This document shows positions 25,101 through 37,999 of a stretch of DNA of 63,050 nt, piece after piece. Source of the DNA: Octopus bimaculoides (lineage: Eukaryota); NCBI RefSeq assembly GCF_001194135.2, contig NC_068995.1, positions 36,511,496 to 36,574,545 on the forward strand. Reading direction: 5' to 3'. The position numbers and the translations under genes were made by a program. Position 1 is the stretch's first letter. Every line of letters starts with the position of its first letter. Under the pieces are notes generated by a model. The model was given only the letters and a program-made list of their open reading frames with translations, had not been told where the DNA came from and did not search any database.

Positions 25101-28100
25101 TAATAAAGACAACACTTATGTATCAACAGTTTTTTTGATACCAACCCACATAAGATCACTTCTGATTTTATGATTTAACCCTTTAGTGTTCACATTATTC
25201 TGCCCAAATTAATGCTTTTTTATCCACATTGTTTTGAACTAATCATGCATTATCTTGTAGTTATGAGATCTTGATGAGGTAGCTGTTAATTTTTAAAACA
25301 ATATTGTAGAGTAGATGTGAGAGGCCAGATTTGGCCAGTTTGAGCATAAAACAGGCAGAATACTTTTGACCGGATATGGCCGGTTTAAATGCTAAAGGGT
25401 TAAACTTCCTGTTTTAAAGTGATCTAAATTAAAACCTTCCACCCAAATTTCATGTTAATTTATGTCCAAACACCAACTAAGTAATGACAATTATTCCACT
25501 AAATTCTTCCTTATTTTCAAAATTTAATTATGATTTTATTCAATATAATCCTCTCTCAGATTCGCACACTTATTGCAGCAGTCCCTCAGTTTTTCTAAGC
25601 CCTGTGAAAGAACTCAAAAGGTTGGACCTCCAACCAGGACTTTCGCAATACCCTAAAGCTAAAAACTTTTCAGCACCCACCTCACAACTTAGAAGCAAAA
25701 TAAAATTTTGATACGTTCATATGTAAGACAAATAAATGATCTAATTTAGGAATGATGTATTCTTTCTCACTGAATATTATTATTTCTTGATGTTTAACCA
25801 GAGTGAACCCCACTGGTTGCCATTGTTTTCATATATTATCAACATTTTTCTGACAGCATGCCCCAAAAAGCAGCAGCAATTTCATTTTGCGCAGATAAAC
25901 TTATTATTGAGAGAATGTTTTACAGCCAGAAACCCTTACCTGTTTTCCCAATAAAAGACTTCTTATTTCATACATCTTCAAAGGCACAAAGCCAGCAGAA
26001 AATTTGTACACTGCTTGTAGCTGGCAACTTTCACAGAGTGCAAATATAAACAAACACACACACACACGATAAAGCTTCTTTCAATTTCTGTCTGCCAAAT
26101 TCACTCATAAGAGCTTGGTCAGCCAGCCTAGAGCTAAAGAAAACACTGCTGTGCAGTAGTAATGAACCTTAAACCATGAGGTTGGAAGTGAACTACTTGA
26201 CTACGCACTCATGCCTAACATATTCAAAATCAACTCAAGTTGATCAATCTGTTCATTAATAGACAGAGAGGCAAACAAACAGTCTTGACCACGTTCAATA
26301 AAACAGTATCAGATGAATCAGCAGAAACTACAAATATACTATTTCTTTTTGCTGCAACTACAACAGACTATGCTTCACATAGCCACCAAGCTGCATACCA
26401 CCAACCTTGCTCAATATGCTCACCTTTCATCTTTTCTCATCATTTCCCATCTCACCTAAACACTTTGCTAAACCCTGCCTCGGCCAGAACTATAACCCAC
26501 TGCCACTCACCATGTTTCCCCACAACATAAACATCAACTGCATGAGATTTGCCAATCTAAGGTGGTCTGCAAAGATTACAACATTGAAATGTGAACTCAG
26601 AACATAAATGTTGTGTTGGCATTCCGTCGCTTATGACGTCGAGGGTTGCAGTTGATCCGATCAATGGAACAGTTTGCTCATGAAATTAACGTACAAGTGG
26701 CTGAGCACTCCACAGACACATGTACTCTTAACGTAGTTCTCAGGGATAGTCAGCGTGACACAGTGTGACAAGGCTGACCCTTTGAATTCCAGGCACAACA
26801 GAAACAGGAAGAAAGAGTGAGAGAAAGTTATANNNNNNNNNNNNNNNNNNNNNNNNNNNNNNNNNNNNNNNNNNNNNNNNNNNNNNGAGGAGCTTTAGGT
26901 GTTTTCGCTCAATAAACACTCACAACGCCTGGTCTGGGAATCGAAATTGCAATCCTATGACCACGAGTCCGCTGCCCTAACCACTGAGCCATTGCGCTTC
27001 CACACTCAGAATATAACAGGAAGTAAAAGCACTGAAACAAGTACTACAAGGCATGTCTGACACTATCAATTCTGTGGCATAGGTATTAAGGCCAGACATT
27101 TCAATAAGAGATAAATATAGTTAATTATATAGACACTAGTAGCTGGTTAGTACTTTATTTGAAATAGGGAAATCAATATGATGACTTGGAAGCAAAATTG
27201 GCAATACTCAGTCAGTCAAATCAATATTAGATGACAACAAAAGGCAGAAAGTGGATAGAAACATTAGTATGCCAGGCAAAATGCTTAGCAGCATTTCATC
27301 CATTTTCACATTCAGCCAAGGTCAATTATGCCTTTCATCGTTTCAGGGTCAATAAAACAAGTACCAGTTGAGCACTGGGATCCAGGTAATCAACTTAACC
27401 ACTCCCCACAAAAATACTGGCCTTGTACCAAAAATTGAAACCAACATTAGATATCAACATCTTAGTATAACAACTCCATACTGTATGTTATTTCAAAATA
27501 CTGTGTACATAAAGCTTTTACATTGAAGCACCAATCTCAGAACTATGTGATATTTATGCAAACTTTCTGAAGAGGCTCAATTGAAAATTAAAATCGCTGA
27601 AGGACACAATTTTGGTTTAGTATATTTCCCCAATACCAAAATAAACAGTAGAATATACTTGTTTAATACTCTACTTAACAATTCAATACCTTGGAATATA
27701 TGTTAAATACCATATAAATAACATATTAAAAGTGAATTATTAGCTTCTATTCTTTTTTCATGTTATTTTTTTATATATTCTATCCTAGTAAAAGGAAAAA
27801 GTAACCACTAGTGGTTCTCAAACATTTTTTACCTAAGGACCCCTTTGATTACTATTTTATTCTGGTGGACCCTCATAGCCAGTCAATGTTTAAAAATTAG
27901 TTTTATAAACACTTCTTTCAAAATTCCTGTTTTCTTTTTCTCACATTCACTTGTGTAGATTGAACTATGCAAAATGTTTGAGAAAGAAACCTGTTTCTTG
28001 CAATAAATACATCTAAATCAAGACTTTTTTTTTATGGACCCTTAACATACTAGTGGATTACTCCTGGAGTTATGTGGGCCCTGTAATTCAAAGGGTCAGC

Positions 28101-31100
28101 CTGGTCACACTGTGTCACGCTGAATATCCCCGAGAACTACATTAAGGGTACACGTCTCTGTGGAGTGCTCAGCCACTTGCACGTTAATTTTACAAGCAGG
28201 CTGTTCCGTTGATCAGATCAACTGGAACGCTTGACGTTGTAAGCGACGGAGTGCCAACAACAATATATGGGCCCTACTATTCTTATTCCTTTCATTTATG
28301 TAAATGAGGTGTTGACAACTAATCCATGCCAATTTAAAAAAACACACATCCCTATGCCTCAAAATACCACAAGCCCCTCATTCAAATCAGTTTATGATGA
28401 AAACGCTGACACATTACCTAACTATTTAAGCATCTTGCACGAAAGAGTCAAACATTAGATATTTTAAATAAAAATATAAATCTTCTGCAAGCAATAACAA
28501 ACTTACCCTACCAGCTATATATGGTCTGATAATTTTCACAAGTTCAAACTATATACATAAACTTGGTAACTGAACATCTTGGAAGAGATCAATTAGCTCC
28601 TAAAACTAAAAATTATAGGATGATTTTTTTTCTTTTCAAATACTCAGCAATTGAGGGGAAATTAAGAGGCCATTCTGGAATATAACTTTTGTAGATGAAA
28701 AATATCAGTGACCCACAGTAACAGTCAGTCACAAAATTAAACAAGCTAAAGGAAGATCTCAAATTGAGCTTTCTAACCATCTTATAAGAGCTTGCTTTAG
28801 TGGTAAATGTAAACATACACGTGCTGGTGGCATGTAAAATGCACCCAAGAAACTCTGTTAAATGGTTGCTGTTAGGAAGGGCATCTAACAGTAGAAACCA
28901 TGACAAAACAGACAATTGGAGTTTGGACAGCTCCATGTCAAACCGTCCAATCCATGCCATGGAAATGAACATTAAACAATGATGATGATATATATATACA
29001 CACACATAGATGTGCCTATGTGCAGAGACCCAAGAATCTCCAGAAAGGAAATTTTGAATAATTATTCTGAAGGTATTAAAAAGGAAAAACTCATCAGCTT
29101 ACCTTTACCAACCATCATAACACCTATTGACATTCCCATGAATTTAGATTTGGTCCATATTGATGCATTCATAGAAATTTGTTTATCTGGACATTCAAAA
29201 TAAAAGGCTGAAACTAGAATAATAGAAAAAAGAAAGTTAGTTGGTGGGGAGAGAATAGAGATCAGTAAAACAAACCTTAAAAAACATAATTAAATAAGCA
29301 GTACATTTGGGAAAAATATCTTGAAAATTCTACCCAGAGATTTACGAATGTTCAAAACATTATAACAAAGTTTGTAGGCCTAGCACACCAAGGTTAACAC
29401 TTAGTCTTTGGCTGCAATAGACAAAGTTCACTGATACAAACATTTAAACTAGATCCCCACCCACCAACAATTTTTTCTGCAAATGCTCAGAATAGCTTAT
29501 CTCACCAGTCTGAGAAAGCCCCCCCAAAGGTTGCGGTTTTGCCCATTCCTCTTGACTAATGCAAACATATAAAACAGTATCGTGGGAAGAAAACTCAATA
29601 CACCAAGTCCACTAGTAAATCCTGTGCCAGTGCAAAGTGTAAAGCATCTGTGTTGGTGCCAAATATAAAGTACTTGTGCCAGTGCTGAGTGTAAAGCACC
29701 TGTGCTGGTGTCAAGTACAGAGCACCCATGGCAGGGCAAAAAGTAACCAGTATCTCCTGTCAAACTGTCCAACTCATGCCAGCATGGAAAATGGACATTA
29801 AATGATGATACTGTTAATGATATATATATATATATAGTTGTCAGTTGTGGGACATATACACAGTTATGAATTGTGGAACATAACTATCATTACATAAACC
29901 TGATGAGTGTGTAATGCACAAAAGTACTAGTTTATTTCCTTATAAAACTGTAAAAATTGGAAATAAAAAAAAAAACATGAAAATCAGACTAAGTTGGAAT
30001 CTCATTGATTTATCTATTATATAAAATAGAGATGTGTGCATATTCACTTTTCAGGTGAAAACGGCTTCACCAATTGCTTCCATACTTCTAATGCATGAAT
30101 AATTCCACCTCAGACAAATTATAGGCTGTTCATACTGGCTTCATTTCTTTCAAGCCTACACATGTCCTCGGCTGTCACAGCCCATGTTTCACTGCCATGT
30201 AACATGGCTGTTTGCATGCAGGTATCATACAATCTGCCTTTCACTCTGAGTGAGAGGCCCTTTGTTGCCAGCAGAGGTACGAACTCTCTGAACTTTGCCC
30301 AGCTTAATCTTATTCTCACAGCTACGCTCCTGGAGCATCCCTCTCCATTGCTAACTTGGTCATCAAGATAACGGAAGCTATCTACTAACTCTAGCTTGCC
30401 AACCCAGCAGTTGACGAAATCTATTTTCTGCATATTTTGAGCATTTGTTGTACCCGTGCATCTTCCACATACAAAAGCTAGTTTCCCCGTTAATCTTCCT
30501 CTGATATTGCTGCACCTTTTATGTGTCCAAAGCTTATACTGAGTGCATCTTATGGAGTTTCCACCTACACTTTTTCTACAAATTGAGCAGGACCATCTAC
30601 CTGAAGGAATTTGTGATTTGTTGGCCTTCCTACTTACTAAGACTTTGGTTTTTGCTAGGTTAACTCTAAGGCACCTAGGTAACGGAAGCTATCAACTACT
30701 TATAGTGTTTTCCCCCTGGCATGTAACAGAAGCTGTTTACTGCACATTTTCAGTGTTTATTGCCCCTGTGCATTTGCCACACACAAAAACTATTTTCCCA
30801 GTTAGCCTTCCTTTGATATTGCTGCACCTCTTATGTGTCTATAGCTTACACCAGGTAATCTTATGAAATCTCTACCTACGCCTTTTCTAAAGATCGAGCA
30901 GGGCCGTCTACCTGAAGGGATTTGTGATTCGTCAGTTTAAGAGATCTGGCCAGTGTGACCATAATGTGGGAAGAATACTTGGACTAAATATGGCCGATTT
31001 AAATGCTAAGTGGTTAAACCGTTGTAGGCCCACAGACCCTTAAACACACAGGATAGGTCTGTCTGTTCAATCAGGGTGGAACAACAATAACAAAAGTATC

Positions 31101-31426
31101 TGATTAAAAAGCTGTTCTTACTTGGTGGATGGTGGGAGACTTGCTCAGCGCAATAGGTTAATAGATAGGGATTTTGTTCTGTGTTGAAACCATTGTCAGT
31201 GTGACCATCAGATGACTTGCTGCAATTCTTAGGAAATTTCCAGGAACAATGAAATGTCTCTCCTCGAATTGGATTGTATGGTTTCTTGGCAACCGAACCC
31301 TGTAAAAGGGGTTTAGAGAAATAAAATGATCAGAAATGTTAAAGCAATCAACATTAGATTTGGGATAAAAATTTGTTATAGTTACTTGATCTAGAAAATT
31401 AATTATTAATTTTTGAAATAGTAATC

Positions 31427-31459
<33 letters not shown>

Positions 31460-33491
31460 GTTAAAGCTACCATTGGTTCCATGTTAAGGGTAGTTCCAAA
31501 CCAAAATGAAGACAAACACTGGTTTTCCATGTGACAGGCTTGATAATTGTTGAGGCAATTCCCTTTTACATGAAACTAATGGTAGCCTTAAACCATAAAT
31601 AAAGAATTTTCATCCACTAATGCAGTGTCGAGCACTCATTCTCATTGTTCAATATTAACATGTTTTTATATATATATATGCTGAGAGAGAGAGAGAGAGA
31701 GGGAGAAAAGGAGAATTTCATTACCTGTCTGCCAGCATGGAAAGATGTTAGGTACCACTCAACTACTGCAAGCATCCTTTGTTCAGGATCTGCAAGGTCA
31801 GGAATTCTGACAATAAAAAGAAATAAATATTAAAAAAGAACAATGTGCAGGTCACAAAAATGTGGAGAATGTCCCAGGCCCATTTATTCCACCATTACTA
31901 CTTTATTGCCAACTAATGAAAATATTCTGCAATAAAGAATACTTTTACAAATCTTTATCTTCCATCATTCCTAGGAAAGGTTCAATATTAACTTCATTTA
32001 CTCTCAATCAATATCTATTAAACCCTCAAGTGTAAGTTGAAGACACTTCATATTATCTATTTACATTCTAAGACTATGTTTTCCTGATCAAGACATTTCT
32101 TGATATTTATAGTTCCATATATAACAGTTTTTGGCTCAGCCTGCTCCAGTGGTTACAAATCATCCGTCAGAAACCACAATGTTGCATAATACAAAGCTTC
32201 TGGCATTTGTTTTGCATCATACAGCATCATCATTATTTAATGTCTGTTTTCCATGCTGGCATGGGTTGGACGGTTTGACAGGAGCTAACCAACGGAAGGG
32301 CTGTTTAGGTTCCATATCAGAAATACCAATATAGCATGGAGTCATCATCATCACCACTTTTATGTTCGTTTTCCATGCTGACAATGTTTTACAGCAGGAT
32401 GCCCTTTCTGATAACAATCTTAAATTGAATAATGGATTCATTACTATATGTATTTAGTCTCACTGTAAGATTAGGACCATAGGCACCGTTTCAGTAGCTT
32501 GGGATACGGATCAACAAACCACCAGGTATCACTTATTTAATGTTTCGTTTAGGATTCTCTCACCATCCTATCCCAAAATGCAGGTAATAGTAAAATGTAA
32601 ACAAAACTTGTGAAGGGTACAGCTTATTTACATAATGGTACAACATATTGCATGAATTATGACTAAATACATGGTCTTACATTCAAATGTGTTTGGAATC
32701 ACAGTGAAATTAGTTCCATAAGTATCAAACAAGATATTTTCATTGTTAGTCAACATTTCATTAGAATTCACTGATAGTTTCCTCTTATATTGTCATAGAT
32801 CAGAGGTTCTCAACCATTTTTTTTTTGTTATCTATGGACCCCTTTGATTACTATTTTATTCTGGTGGGCCTCATAGCCACTCAATGTTTAAAAACTAGTT
32901 TTAGAGAAACTTCTATCAAAATTCCTATTTTGTTTTTCACACATTAATTGTGTAGATTGAACAATGTAAAATATTAGAGAAAGAAACCTGTTTCTTGCAA
33001 TACATATCAATACTTATATATCCAAAGCAAATTTTTTTCAGGAGCACTTGAAATACATTTGTGGGTTCCCAATTTACTATTTTGTTGTGTGAACCCCACA
33101 AAATCATATATGGACCCTCAGGGGCCATATAAATCCTGGTTGAGAACCACTGCCCTAGATAGTAGCAGAGGGAAACTTATTAACCCTTTAGCATTTAAAC
33201 TGGCTACATCTGGCCAAAATATTCTGCCTGTTTTATCTTCAAACTGGCCTGTCACATGTACCCTACAATATTATTCTAGAAATAAACAATCACAATGCAT
33301 GATTAATTTAAATCAATGTGTATAAATAAGCATCACATTTGGACAGAATAATCTGAATGCTGAAGGGTTAACGTATAAAACTTGCAACAACAGTTTGATT
33401 GCCAGAGTTTGAATTCATTTATAAACAGTTCTTTCCATCTGCTCTAGCTACTTCGAAATTTAGTAACATGAAAGTATGCCTAGGTATACAT

Positions 33492-33548
<57 letters not shown>

Positions 33549-36001
33549 ACAGAAGCACTTACTTTAGAAACAGCAGTGGATGTGCCATACAGTCAGCAAA
33601 CATTTCTAATAACGACCTTTTTTCCAAAATGAAAGTTGGTAAGACTACCTGTAATTTAAAAGATATAATTTCAAATTAGTTTTCAAAGCTAATTATACAG
33701 AAAAACAAATATATATATATATATATATTTCTTAAGTGTACATAAAAAAAGTAAGGTATAAAGTTCACAGATAATTCAGTAGACATAGTAGTTAAATATC
33801 TCAGATTGCACCCTGTCATCTTATACATACAAAGAAGATTACTTGTCAATTACTATTTTTAAATCTCACAACATGAGATATTCAGCAAAAGTACTTTGTA
33901 GTAAAGATTGTTTGCCAACAACTGGATCTTTTGAATTAGTTTGTGATGCATTAACTAATATAGTTAAATCCCACTCTACCGCCAAGTTCTTACAAAATGC
34001 AGAAGATTATCAAGTAAAATCAATTATTTTACAGTCAAAGTAGGAAGATAGTGGAAGACACTCTTCCTCTCACCAACCTCCAACCTCTTTCCAAGTAAAG
34101 TGACATTTTCTTCATAGCTAGACAAACTTTTCGTGGGAGACTGGAAACGAACAATTTTGCCTGCATGATGTTGAAGCTCATTTACAAACATTATATGATG
34201 TCCAGACAAGAGTACATGGACACATACAAGCTTCTTTCAGTTCAGTTTCTGTCTACCAAAATCCACTCTCAAGGTTTTGGGTGACCTGAGGCTTATAGTA
34301 GAAGACACTTGCTCAAGGTGCCACACAATGGAATTGAACCCAAGACTACATGGTTGGGAAGCAAGCCTTTTAACCACACACACACACAAACGATTTCTTC
34401 TCATCTAAGAGAGCTCCCAAAAAGAAAAGCAAAAATTTAGTAAATTAACTGACCTTCGTTAAATCCATTCCTAATTTTAGTTGAGATAGTAGATGTAATA
34501 TAATGCTTTTATGTTCCTCAACAGCACCAAGTTCTGTGTCCTTGTATTCTTCTTCATCTTCAACATCTTGCATGTGATCAATGAATCCTACAATGTAACA
34601 AGATTATGAAAACTAAAGTCATTAAATCTAACAGGATTTAATCCTACGACAGCAACAAAAGTTTTCTCTTTTAGGGTGAAAGGCAGATTGTACAATGATT
34701 GTGTACAGAGTGCAATGCTGCAGGGTACATGGGCATTGAATGCAAAGGATTTGCAAAAGTTGGAAAGAAATGAAGGAAGCATGTTCCACTTGGTGTGTAA
34801 TGTTTAGCATGCAAGAACGACAACATAGAAATGAGCTGAGAAAAAAACAGTTTATAAGAGAAGGAATCAAATGTTGTGTGGAGAAGTGGAGACTGCATTA
34901 GCAGAAGTATGTGATGCAAATGGAAGACAATCTGTTACCCTTCACATTCTGGTTTTCCATTTGTTGTTCTCATGAGCCCCTTAGACACACCTTCCCATTC
35001 TACCACTGCTCCATCTCTTCTTTCTATCAGTCACCCACCCCTGTGCACTGTACCATATCAGTCTTCTAACAGGGGACCGCACTGGATCCTTTCATATTTA
35101 ATACTCCCCACTACCATCCTCATCACTCTATCCACTTACCATTCACACAAATACTATGTAATGAGCGGTTCATTTAGATTGTTCATAACTGATTTATCCA
35201 CTTTGACTCTTCTGTGCTGCTAACCATCACCCCATCACATCCAAATAGCATCTCTATGAACAACAATCACTTCTCTTACTCTTTCTATCTCTCTCGACAC
35301 CAAACATGGAACTGCTATCACTACCCCTCTCCCCCATTACTCTTTCCTCTACCATCACCCTTTCATCCCAGTCACTGTTTCTAACATCATACCTTCACTT
35401 CTTTCGCCTTCCGTTATCACTCTTCTGAGGTTGACTTGAATAGACAGAAACTAATAGTGAAAAATCTTTAGTCTTACAGGATACAAGGTAACCTCACTAG
35501 TGCTGCTGCCATGATAAAATGCACCCATTACACTGTGTAAGAGTAAACCCCCCCCCCCTTTGAGATCATGAGATTGCACCTAGAAAGTTACCTTGTGAGG
35601 TACAAGTCCGAGCAAAGTTGTTGATGGAAGACCAGCAGTCGCCTATGCATACCAGCCTTGCCTCTCCCTGCTGTTGGGGTTATCCAAGGGAAAGGCAAAG
35701 GGGCCGATACAGCTTGGTACCAGTGATGTCACAACTCATTTTTACAGCTGAGTGAACTGGAGCAACGTGAAATAAAGTGTCTTGCTCAAGAACACAACAC
35801 ACAGCCTGGTCCAGGAATTGAACTGACTACCTCATGATTGTGAGCCCAATGGTCTAACCATGCAGCTGTGTGAAGTCCTCCCTTTAAGCATTGCTACATC
35901 AGTGTTAAAAAGAGTATTCACCCATACATAAATAAAAAAAGAGAGAAACAAAAATGACCAACTGGCAGTCTTATGTGCAAGTAATTATCATCAGCTTTAT
36001 C

Positions 36002-36046
<45 letters not shown>

Positions 36047-37920
36047 TAGCTGCCTAACACATTTCTGATGTCAACTGCAAAAAAGTGAACATTTAAACTA
36101 TTCAAATGAAAGATATCCTCATCTTCATTTAATGTCCACTTTTCCATGCTGAATTGGTCAGATAGAATTTGCTGAGGTAGATTGTTTACAACCTGATGCC
36201 CTTCCTATAGCCAACTCCAACCTTTTCCCAAGTCAGGTAATATTTTCCCATAGCTAGACATGTTTGTTTGATAATGGTACTAATTTTCAGCCATTATGAT
36301 GTTTAGACAAGGGTACACACACAAACATACATAGATACAAGTTTCTATCAGTTTGTCACCCAATTCACTCATGAGGCTTTTGTAGTCCCAGAGCTATTGT
36401 AGAAAACACTTACCCAAGGTGCCATGCTGACTCAAACAAATACCAAACTATCATCAGATTACACTAAAATATCTGTGTATCTCCTAACATAGGTAGATGG
36501 CCGGTTAAATGTGTATAATTGTTCTTCGAGAAATCTGGGAGATATACCTTTTTCTCAGTCATTGTTACTAACCATACAAAACATATTTCATGGAGGGAAC
36601 TAGATAGAAATAAAAACACCCTCAGATCCTACACTGGAGGATCAACAAAATATCACAAAGCAATTTCATGTTACAGAAACAACAAGCAGTTTTCTGGATC
36701 ATTGGAAGTAAATAAGTTAGATAAATAACTTAATCTCTTAACTTTTATTGAAATTTGGGAATGGTAATATTTTTGCCTATTATACACACACACACACTAT
36801 ATACTTGGTATTCACTTCAGCTTTATTATTATCATCATTATTATTTTAGTGTCCTTTGTCGAAGTTCTTTTGTCACCTCCTGTGACCCCTTCAACAACCC
36901 ACAATCCCATGTGTCTCCTCTTGTTCTGTTTAGTCCATTCTGTCTTTCTGTGAAGACCAAGTAATATAGTGCTTGTGTTTAATTGGTAAAAAATATCTGT
37001 TTCAACACATGATTTCCCATCAGGAATCTTGCAAAAACAAATACATAGACATTAAAGATATTATTTTTCATTTATAGGTTATACAAATGCACAGATACGA
37101 CTATGTGGTTATGAGTTCCATCCCACTGCCTGGCACCTTCAGGGAGTGTTTTCTACAAAAATACAAGTTTGCTGCAGAATCTAATTGATGCCATGCTTAT
37201 TGACCAACTTAATGTCTAGATGCATATTCGTGGTGGTATGCATCAGCATTACAGAGGTATGCACATACAAATGAATCCATACATGATCCTATATAGTTTA
37301 TAGTTTTTTTTGGGGGGGGGGGAAGCAGGTGGCAGTGGTGGTTTGATCATTGCATTTTACCTGTATTCTTTATTGAGTTTCCATTCTCTTATAAGTGTAG
37401 ATTCGACTAGAATGTCATCCTTTTTTTAACTTCCTGAACTTCCACAATTGATGCATTACAGTTAAATGCAGTCAATGGCAGGAGTATACAAACTATAACC
37501 ATTAAAAAAATCATAGAAGAAACACACTTACCATCACATTTTTTATCCATCATAACAGCAGTAGGAGTAGAGTAAGACAGAGATGTGGTGGAGATGTAAC
37601 TGTCACATGGCGATGGCTGGTCTGATGGTAACGTTTCTGAATGTGGAGTGATGTAGATTGATGTCTGATGTTGCCCTTGTTTGGGTTGCTGTTGGGAAGT
37701 TATTGCTGATGATTCAGGATCAGTATGCGCCTGCCGTTGATGCTGAACTGATTGCTTAGCTAGAGACATCGAGGGGGGTCTTCAAAGAACAGGAAAAAAG
37801 AAAACCCAGTTCAAAGAACAGGAAAGGGAAAACCCAGATAAATGTTATAAAGAAACACCTGCACTAACAACAACAAAACATAAAACATCTAGGTAAGCAG
37901 CCCTCTGTGTGTGTGTTATA

Positions 37921-37999
<79 letters not shown>

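Noticed and set aside
31730-31746. TTTCCATGCTGGCA in an OSBPL11 exon matches the RTE/SINE tail
   Set aside because: It encodes the conserved SFH(A/E)GR; the match is coincidence, not exonised repeat.
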